This document shows positions 57,520 to 64,000 of a DNA stretch of 64,000 nt, in pieces. Position numbers and translations under genes: made by a program. This stretch comes from an archaeon (lineage in GTDB: Archaea; Micrarchaeota; Micrarchaeia; Anstonellales; Bilamarchaeaceae). The stretch spans positions 5,557 to 69,556 of the forward strand of contig JAGVNI010000007.1 of the NCBI GenBank assembly GCA_020053355.1. The letters run 5' to 3'. Each line of letters starts with the position of its first letter. Within the stretch, counting starts at the first letter, position 1. The notes beneath the pieces were generated by a model. The model ran no database searches. It was not told the origin of the DNA and was given only the letters and a program-made list of their open reading frames with translations.

Positions 57520-59297
57520 ACCAGCGTCTGGACACGACCAAGCTTTTCTGCAACTGCCAGTCAGCCCTTGCCAATGAGGGGGAGGCCCCGAAATGCACAA
57601 TCACGCGCCGGCTGCATCCTGTCCTTAGCGAGATGGGCGAGGTGGACGAGGCATCGCAGGCCGAATTCGCGAAGGGGAGGGTGTTCGAATACCAGACGTT
57701 CGGGAACAACTGCCTTGTCGAGGCGGACGAGGAGCCCCCGTCGCTGCTGAATCCACAGGCGCTCGCAATCGCGCTCCAGGTAGCCCTGCAACTGAACGCC
57801 ACGCCGGTTGGCGAAATCCACATCATGAGGAAGATGGTCATAGACGGGAGCAACACCTCCGGTTTCCAGAGGACCGCCATCGTGGCGGTCAACGGGCATC
57901 TTGACAGCTCCAAGGGAACAATCCGGATCCCGCTTATCGCAATCGAGGAAGAAAGCGCCGGAATCGTATCCTCATCCGAAGGGAAGGCCACCTACCGCCT
58001 CGACCGGCTGGGAATCCCGCTAATCGAGATAACTACTGCTCCTGACATAAAGGACGGGGAGCACCTTATCGAAGTCGCCGAGAAAATCGGGATGATGCTG
58101 CGGGCGACCGGCAAAGTGGCGCGGGGCCTCGGGACCATCAGGCAGGACGTCAACATCTCGACCGAAGGCGGGGCGCGCGTCGAACTCAAAGGGGCGCAGG
58201 ACCTCAAGATGCTTCCGCAATACGTCGAAACCGAGGTGAACCGGCAGCTCCTCCTCCTCAAACTCCTCCTGGAACTGCGCTCGCGCAAAGTCCTCCCGAT
58301 AAAGGAGCACATAGTGGAATTCAGCGACATTTTCCGTGCCACGAAGCCGGGGCTGATTGCCGCCGGAATCAAGAACGGTTCTGCCGTCTTAGGGCAGAAA
58401 CTGCCCGAACACGAGGGCCTTCTGGGGATGGAGCTCCAGCCTGGCAAACGCTACGGAACGGAACTCAGCGATTATGCGAAAAAAGCAGGGGTGAAGGGCA
58501 TCATCCACAGCGACGAGGAATTAGACAAGTACGGCATCTCGGAAGAAGAGGAGAAGGCTGTGCGCGATGCCCTTGGAGCGTGGGAGAACGACGCATTCGT
58601 CCTGATTGTGGCGCCACTCGAGCAGGCGAAAAAGGCCATGGGGTTCGTCCTGGAGAGGGCGAACATGGATTTTGTCCCCGGCGAGACGCGCAAGGCGAAT
58701 CCTGATGGGACATCCTCCTTCATGAGGCCTCTTCCGGGCCGGGCGAGGCTCTACCCGGAGACCGACGTGCCGCCAATTCCCCTTGGAAAGGAGCTGCTGG
58801 CGGCGGTCGAGCTGATGGAATCGCTCGAAGACAAGAAATCCCGGCTGGAAAAGATGCTGAATAAGGAGATGGCCGGGCGGATGCTCAAATCCCGGTATCT
58901 CCACGTCTTCGAGAAGCTGGTGGAGGGCGGGGCCGACCCCATGCTGGTCGCAACGACGCTGGAAGACACGCTCGTCTCGCTCCGGCGCGAAGGGACAGAA
59001 TTCAGCGACATAGAAAAGGCGCTTTCCGAGCTTTTCAATGAATACAAGGGCGGCTCTTTCGTGAAAGCCGCCATTCCCGAAGTCCTAAAAGGCATGGCCA
59101 AGGGCGCCCGCGTCGATTCGGTCCTGAAAGTCTACCGCCTCCAGAAGATAACCGGGGAAGCCCTCGGGGCAATAGCCATGGAGCACGACTTCGACATGAA
59201 AATAATCATGCAGAAATACCGCCTCCAGGTTGACGCCAAGGAAGTCGCGGAAGTCATCAAGGAGGGCAAGAAGGAGCAGGGCAAGGACTTCATCTAG
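57498..59297 (+). CDS. gatE: Glu-tRNA(Gln) amidotransferase subunit E
   Basis: GIEIHQRL, RKMVIDGSNTSGFQRT, LDRLGIPLIEI, RLYPETD; AGGTGA SD. Confidence 0.96.
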   Translation: MKIGIEIHQRLDTTKLFCNCQSALANEGEAPKCTITRRLHPVLSEMGEVDEASQAEFAKGRVFEYQTFGNNCLVEADEEPPSLLNPQALAIALQVALQLNATPVGEIHIMRKMVIDGSNTSGFQRTAIVAVNGHLDSSKGTIRIPLIAIEEESAGIVSSSEGKATYRLDRLGIPLIEITTAPDIKDGEHLIEVAEKIGMMLRATGKVARGLGTIRQDVNISTEGGARVELKGAQDLKMLPQYVETEVNRQLLLLKLLLELRSRKVLPIKEHIVEFSDIFRATKPGLIAAGIKNGSAVLGQKLPEHEGLLGMELQPGKRYGTELSDYAKKAGVKGIIHSDEELDKYGISEEEEKAVRDALGAWENDAFVLIVAPLEQAKKAMGFVLERANMDFVPGETRKANPDGTSSFMRPLPGRARLYPETDVPPIPLGKELLAAVELMESLEDKKSRLEKMLNKEMAGRMLKSRYLHVFEKLVEGGADPMLVATTLEDTLVSLRREGTEFSDIEKALSELFNEYKGGSFVKAAIPEVLKGMAKGARVDSVLKVYRLQKITGEALGAIAMEHDFDMKIIMQKYRLQVDAKEVAEVIKEGKKEQGKDFI

Positions 59298-59469
59298 GCC
59301 CGAAAGCCCACATCTTTTGTATGTCCCCATATTCCCGGCGGCGTTGCGTGGTGTTTTTTTTCGATTTTTCTTTAATTAATAAAAAATTTCCACATCAAAG
59401 GGCCAAATTTCGCTAATTGTGTATAAATGTGGAAGATATATAAATCTTCGATGCGTAATATTATCCACT

Positions 59470-60897
59470 ATGCAAGGCTCCAGCCCCTCCCAAGTCCAGA
59501 TGCCGCAGAAGATGGCATACCTCCACTTCGGGAGCCGCTTCCCGTTCCCTGTCAATCCCATTTTCTTCGGGCAGACGTTCGTGATGGGAAACCTGACAGC
59601 CGCAACGAGATACGCAGATGAGCGCCGCAACTTCGTGCTTCTCCGTGAAATCAACGAGCCGCTTTCCGAGTCCCTTATGGGCAAGAAATCCCAGGAGCTT
59701 GCAAAAGCCCGCTTCAATACCGATGTCAGAATAGGATACAAAATCGAGGCTTTGGAGAATGTTACGGGGCTTATCCGGAGCCTCGCAGACGACGGTTACC
59801 ACAGCGCCCTCGTCTTCCATTTCCCGGTGAGCCCGGACACTCAATACGCTTACGCCCTCCGCAAGTCCCTCGAGGCCAGCGGCCTGATAGGCCATGCTTC
59901 AGTGCACTTCTACCTCCACACCAATGCCGACAGCCACTATCACAGGCCGGATGATGAGATGTTCTCGGTCTACCATGCGGCAATGAGCCGCGCGTCGGAT
60001 GGCATAATCGGCGTCAGCCAGGCTGTCCGCGATAATTTCGTTAAAATCCGCGTAAGGGACGGTGGCGAGGATCTGGGGCTGAACCCGGATAAGGCCTTTG
60101 TCGTCCGCAACGGCATCGACCCCCACATCTACGTCATCAAGGACGAGCGCGAGGTCAGGGAAGCCCGGCTGGATTTGGGTTTGGCGGATGGGCTGGAGAA
60201 GATTGTCTCGTTCGTTGGCAGGATGGACAGGCTGAAAGGCAGCGATTACCTCATCAAGGTCCTAGAATACTTTGAAGCGAGCAAAGAACCGAAAGATTCC
60301 AATACCGGGTTCATCATCGGCACATCGCACCTGCTCAATGTGGCCCAGGCATCCAAGCCTTTCAAAGGCCTGCTGAGGATGCAGAGGCTCATCCGCGAGG
60401 ATCGCCTGAAAGTAGTAATAGACATCTCCAAATACACGCGCGGCGACCCCAGGTTCAGGGAGAACGTGGAATACATGCTCTTCGATTATGCGCTTGCGCA
60501 CGGCCTCCAGAACGCGCTGAATGACACGCTCTTTTCGCAGATGTACGGAGGCACGACGAACGTCCCGGTGCAGACGATATCCGACATCTACCTCCACCCG
60601 TCCCGGAGCGAGGCATTCGGCCTGGCCATACTGGAGGCGGTGTTCGGGGGCGCATACGTCGTATCAACGCCTGTGGGCGGCATCCCGGAAATCATAGTGG
60701 ACGAGCGCCTTGGGACGCTTGTGCCAATAGATAGCGATAAAAACACATTCGTGAAAAAGCTGATTATGGCTATTTGTGGTTCAAAGAAGCCGGACCAATA
60801 CGACCGCGCCGGCCTTGAATCATATTTCGAGTCATATACTGACCGGGCCATGTTCGAGCAGTTCGAAAAGGCAATCCGCGGGGGGATGGAAAGATGA
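59470..60897 (+). CDS. glycosyltransferase family 4 (GT-B) protein
   Basis: VRNGID, FVGRMDRLKG, PSRSEAFGLAILEA, VGGIPEI. Confidence 0.9.
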   Translation: MQGSSPSQVQMPQKMAYLHFGSRFPFPVNPIFFGQTFVMGNLTAATRYADERRNFVLLREINEPLSESLMGKKSQELAKARFNTDVRIGYKIEALENVTGLIRSLADDGYHSALVFHFPVSPDTQYAYALRKSLEASGLIGHASVHFYLHTNADSHYHRPDDEMFSVYHAAMSRASDGIIGVSQAVRDNFVKIRVRDGGEDLGLNPDKAFVVRNGIDPHIYVIKDEREVREARLDLGLADGLEKIVSFVGRMDRLKGSDYLIKVLEYFEASKEPKDSNTGFIIGTSHLLNVAQASKPFKGLLRMQRLIREDRLKVVIDISKYTRGDPRFRENVEYMLFDYALAHGLQNALNDTLFSQMYGGTTNVPVQTISDIYLHPSRSEAFGLAILEAVFGGAYVVSTPVGGIPEIIVDERLGTLVPIDSDKNTFVKKLIMAICGSKKPDQYDRAGLESYFESYTDRAMFEQFEKAIRGGMER

Positions 60898-61277
60898 CAA
60901 CTCATCGGCCAAAGAATTTCGACCGCATTACCAGCGCCATGCTGCTGCGCCTTGAAGGCCACGGCCTGGAAACCGGCCAGAAGCTCACTCTCATACGTCT
61001 GGCAAAAGACTCCGAAATCGACCACGGGGTGTCCTGGGGCGGTTCGAAGAAGATGGTCACGGATGTCCTCCGAATCATCAACGATAAGCGCAAGAGGGAC
61101 GGAAGGCCGGCCATGGACGAAAACGAACTTCGGGATGCCGTGCGCGCCCTGCTTGGCGGGAAGAGGAAAGAGCCGCTTGTCGAGGAGCTTTCCGACGCGC
61201 TTTCAAACCTGCGCGAAGAGAAGCTGGGAATCCGGAAAGTCAAGCCGCTAACGGACGATTTAAAGAGAATCGCATAA
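60894..61277 (+). CDS. hypothetical protein
   Basis: ATGA-coupled to the glycosyltransferase. Confidence 0.65.
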   Translation: MTTHRPKNFDRITSAMLLRLEGHGLETGQKLTLIRLAKDSEIDHGVSWGGSKKMVTDVLRIINDKRKRDGRPAMDENELRDAVRALLGGKRKEPLVEELSDALSNLREEKLGIRKVKPLTDDLKRIA

Positions 61278-61321
61278 CCCATAAGCCGCTTATTTTATCC
61301 TTTTCGAACCATATTGGGTTC

Positions 61322-61879
61322 GTGGTCAATCCCTGCTCCCTCTGCGATGCCAACTGCTGCAAGAGCTACCTGATTACCGCGACAGCGTTCGATGTCTTGC
61401 GCGTCGTGGAGCGCACAGGCCGGCCGGCATCTGATTTCGCCATGCTGCACCAGGCTCGCATACTCGCATTCGACCCGGACAGCACGCTCGATATGGAGGA
61501 CGAATCGTGGATTTATCTTCTGGGTTTCATTTCCCATCCCTGCGTTTTTTTGGAAAAAAACCGCTGCCAAATCCACGAATGCTCCCCGATGGCCTGCCGG
61601 CGTTTCCCATTCATGCTCGATGGCTTGTTGAACACGCGCTTCTGCCCCCTCTCATCCCAGCTCGTTTTCCGCCTGAAAGGCGCCAGCATCACGGCCGAAG
61701 AGCTTAAGCACGAGAACGAGGCGCATAAGCGGATTGTCAAGGAATGGAATGCGAAACCCGGGAAGCTGAAAGACTGCCTGTCATTCCTCCTGAAGCGGGC
61801 CGGGGAGATGCGAGACAGTGCGGATTCCGGCCTGCCTCAATTGGCAGAGAAGAAAAAAACAGGCGGAAAGAAGCGTTAA
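61322..61879 (+). CDS. YkgJ family (CxxCxxCC) protein
   Basis: CSLCDANCC, PCVFL...CQIH...PMACRRFPF. Confidence 0.85.
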   Translation: MVNPCSLCDANCCKSYLITATAFDVLRVVERTGRPASDFAMLHQARILAFDPDSTLDMEDESWIYLLGFISHPCVFLEKNRCQIHECSPMACRRFPFMLDGLLNTRFCPLSSQLVFRLKGASITAEELKHENEAHKRIVKEWNAKPGKLKDCLSFLLKRAGEMRDSADSGLPQLAEKKKTGGKKR

Positions 61880-61912
61880 GCCGCTCAGGTTCATTCTCCT
61901 CCCCCGTCGTTT

Positions 61913-63061
61913 TCAGATGCTGCCTTTCGCCTTTTTGCCACCCTTGCGCCTAAGGAAGTACACCGCCACTCCTGCGAGCAGCAGGATGAGGAGCAGCAAT
62001 CCTGCGATGACGATGGGCGAACTAAACAGCGCAGTGCCCTTGCCTTCCTCACCGCCAGCAGCAGGAAGCGCGGTGATCGCCACGGTCTTTACGACAGTCC
62101 CATTTTTCACCAGCGATACGTTGTAGCTCCCCTTGATTCCCAGGGGCAGCCGGATTCTCCCGTTTTCATCAGTCCTACCGCCCTTGTCCGCTCCTGTCGG
62201 GTCGGTCACCACGTAATCGCATTGCCTGCACGGCCCGCCGCCGGATGTGGCATTGCAGGTTATCTCGATTCCGGCTGTCGCAGAGGGCGGGCAGTCGATA
62301 TCGTCCGGCACGCACTCGTTATTGATGCATGTGAACCCCAGGCTGCAGGACGGGCAGCCGGTCGCATTTCCGCACTGGTATAGTGCCAGAGTATGGTTCG
62401 ATACGCTGCCGCAGCCCTCGACGGGTATGCAGTGGCCTTTTGATGCGCCTACCGCTGCGAAGTAACAGAACTCCAAATCCGGGCAGTCCCCGTCCTTGCT
62501 GCATGAGCCCGTCTCAGGTTCCTGGGGGATGCCGACGCAAGTGTGGTTTTCGCACTGTTGGTTTTCGCCGCAATCGGAATCCGAGCAGCATTCATACGGG
62601 TTGCACTGGTGCGCCGTGACAACGCCGCAGTCGCAGGGCACCGGAAGGCACTCGCCCGCATTGCAGTACTGGTTGTCTGGGCAATCGTCATCTGAGATGC
62701 AGCCGGCGCACTCCTCGCATGCGATTAGCGTCACGACTGTGACATTCATCTCATAATCCGGATTTGTCGCCTTGATATCCACTTTAGCCCCGCATCCTTC
62801 GAAAGTGAACCTTCCCTGGGCATCGGTGTCACCATAAGCCACCGGGGTGGCGTCCGCGGTTTTTTTCACAGACAGGTGGACGTTCGGGATGGGTAAACCG
62901 TCCTTGTCAACCACGCTCACCAGATTGCCATCGCATGTCGAGTTGAGCGTGACAATCATGTGCGCGGTTTCATCATCATCGTCTCCTGGCCCAGACGGAA
63001 GGTACGGAAATGCAATCCCAACCGCCAGGGTCAATGCTATAAGCAGTGCAATCAGTCTCAT
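61913..63061 (-). CDS. Cys-rich cell-surface protein with CxxDxDC repeats and C-terminal TM anchor
   Basis: Signal peptide; CISDDDC, CCSDSDC, CSKDGDC repeats; beta-sandwich-like segments (TDAQGRF, TDENGRI); TM + RRK tail. Confidence 0.85.
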   Translation of the reverse strand: MRLIALLIALTLAVGIAFPYLPSGPGDDDDETAHMIVTLNSTCDGNLVSVVDKDGLPIPNVHLSVKKTADATPVAYGDTDAQGRFTFEGCGAKVDIKATNPDYEMNVTVVTLIACEECAGCISDDDCPDNQYCNAGECLPVPCDCGVVTAHQCNPYECCSDSDCGENQQCENHTCVGIPQEPETGSCSKDGDCPDLEFCYFAAVGASKGHCIPVEGCGSVSNHTLALYQCGNATGCPSCSLGFTCINNECVPDDIDCPPSATAGIEITCNATSGGGPCRQCDYVVTDPTGADKGGRTDENGRIRLPLGIKGSYNVSLVKNGTVVKTVAITALPAAGGEEGKGTALFSSPIVIAGLLLLILLLAGVAVYFLRRKGGKKAKGSI

Positions 63062-63165
63062 ACCTCCTGATTTACCCGTCAACTCTTATTAACGCATCCG
63101 GAAGGGGCAAGCCGCCGTTACACCGCTATTTAACCTTTCCAAACGCGATTACCCATCCGGTTTCC

Positions 63166-64000
63166 ATGCCAAAGAAAGCCATGCGGACATACCAGACACT
63201 GTCATTGCTCTATGCCGGAACCTTCGCCTTCACTGCCGGGCTTTTCCCGTTCATCCTGATGGCGAAGGGGATGGACTCGTCAGCGATAGCCCTGTATTTC
63301 GCGATATACTCGTTCTGCGCGTTGGTGCTTGAAGTGCCATCCGGCGCATTCGCAGACGCATACGGGAGGAGGAATGCGATAGCTCTCGGTTTCCTGCTCC
63401 AGATAATCTTCATCCCGGCATTCATCATCCTGCCAGGTGGGGCGCTTTTCACCATTTTCGCATTGGTTGTGGCGGCAGCCGATTCGATGATGTCCGGCGC
63501 CGCAGAGGCGTACTCAGTCGACATGCTGAAAGAAAGGGAACGGATGGATTACACCCACCGCCTGCTTTCAACAGGGCGGACCTACAAGTTCGCCCTCTTC
63601 CTGGTCGGCTCTTTGGTGGGGGGCGTTGCCGGGGGTGTCTCAATCGACCTCCCGATGGCCCTTTGCTTCCCATTCGCCCTGGGGGGTTTGCTCTATTCAT
63701 GGTTCAGTCTGGAGGATGACGCCCCGAAAACCAGCCTGGGCAAGGCTGAACGAAGCATCATGAAGAAAATGTCCCTTTCCCTCGCGGAATCCGTCCGGAG
63801 CCCGTCCATCGGGATAGTCTATCTCATCACCCTGCTGCTGGGCCTTGGGACGTTCGGCCTTTTCCTCTATTGGCAGATTACGCTGAATTCGATGGCCGGC
63901 TGGGGCCCGGATAAGATGGGCTTCTTCTTCGCAATGGTTAGCCTCTGCGTCATAATAGGCTCGAAGCTCTCCGCATCCATCCTGCCGGGCTGGAAGGAAG
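63166..64000 (+). CDS. MFS transporter (truncated by the window edge)
   Basis: Frame open from ATG 63166 (MPKKAMRTYQ...), LEVPSGAFADAYGRR MFS motif A, multiple TMs. Confidence 0.88.
   Translation, partial: MPKKAMRTYQTLSLLYAGTFAFTAGLFPFILMAKGMDSSAIALYFAIYSFCALVLEVPSGAFADAYGRRNAIALGFLLQIIFIPAFIILPGGALFTIFALVVAAADSMMSGAAEAYSVDMLKERERMDYTHRLLSTGRTYKFALFLVGSLVGGVAGGVSIDLPMALCFPFALGGLLYSWFSLEDDAPKTSLGKAERSIMKKMSLSLAESVRSPSIGIVYLITLLLGLGTFGLFLYWQITLNSMAGWGPDKMGFFFAMVSLCVIIGSKLSASILPGWKE

Overview
GC-rich archaeal chromosomal segment. GatDE, AglB, RadA, aPelota, archaeal TrpRS, CTP-dependent RibK and TATA-box promoters mark it as archaeal. The gene style suggests DPANN/Micrarchaeota, which is inference. 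It has about 60 densely packed CDSs and no tRNA, rRNA, CRISPR array, integrase or transposase that I could identify. It carries many biosynthetic genes (proBAC, a mosaic riboflavin pathway, pyrDK) and many secreted or membrane proteins. Most notable: (1) a catalytically intact GGDEF diguanylate cyclase in an archaeon; (2) an ~11 kb candidate biosynthetic cluster (CTG-start CrtB-like synthase, three PaaK/CapK-like adenylating ligases, two paralogous GNATs, a BKACE enzyme, with proBAC embedded); (3) an unannotated double-guide C/D-box sRNA whose D' guide predicts 23S rRNA Um2552, followed by a structured 30-bp repeat; (4) a non-coding element with three perfect 10-bp/4-nt hairpins between a pilin-like gene and the radA unit; (5) a duplicated gatE 5' end forming a coupled uORF and a two-state RNA structure; (6) a RibC-RibH fusion with an in-frame hairpin-rich insertion. 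All calls come from reading motifs by eye; no searches were run.
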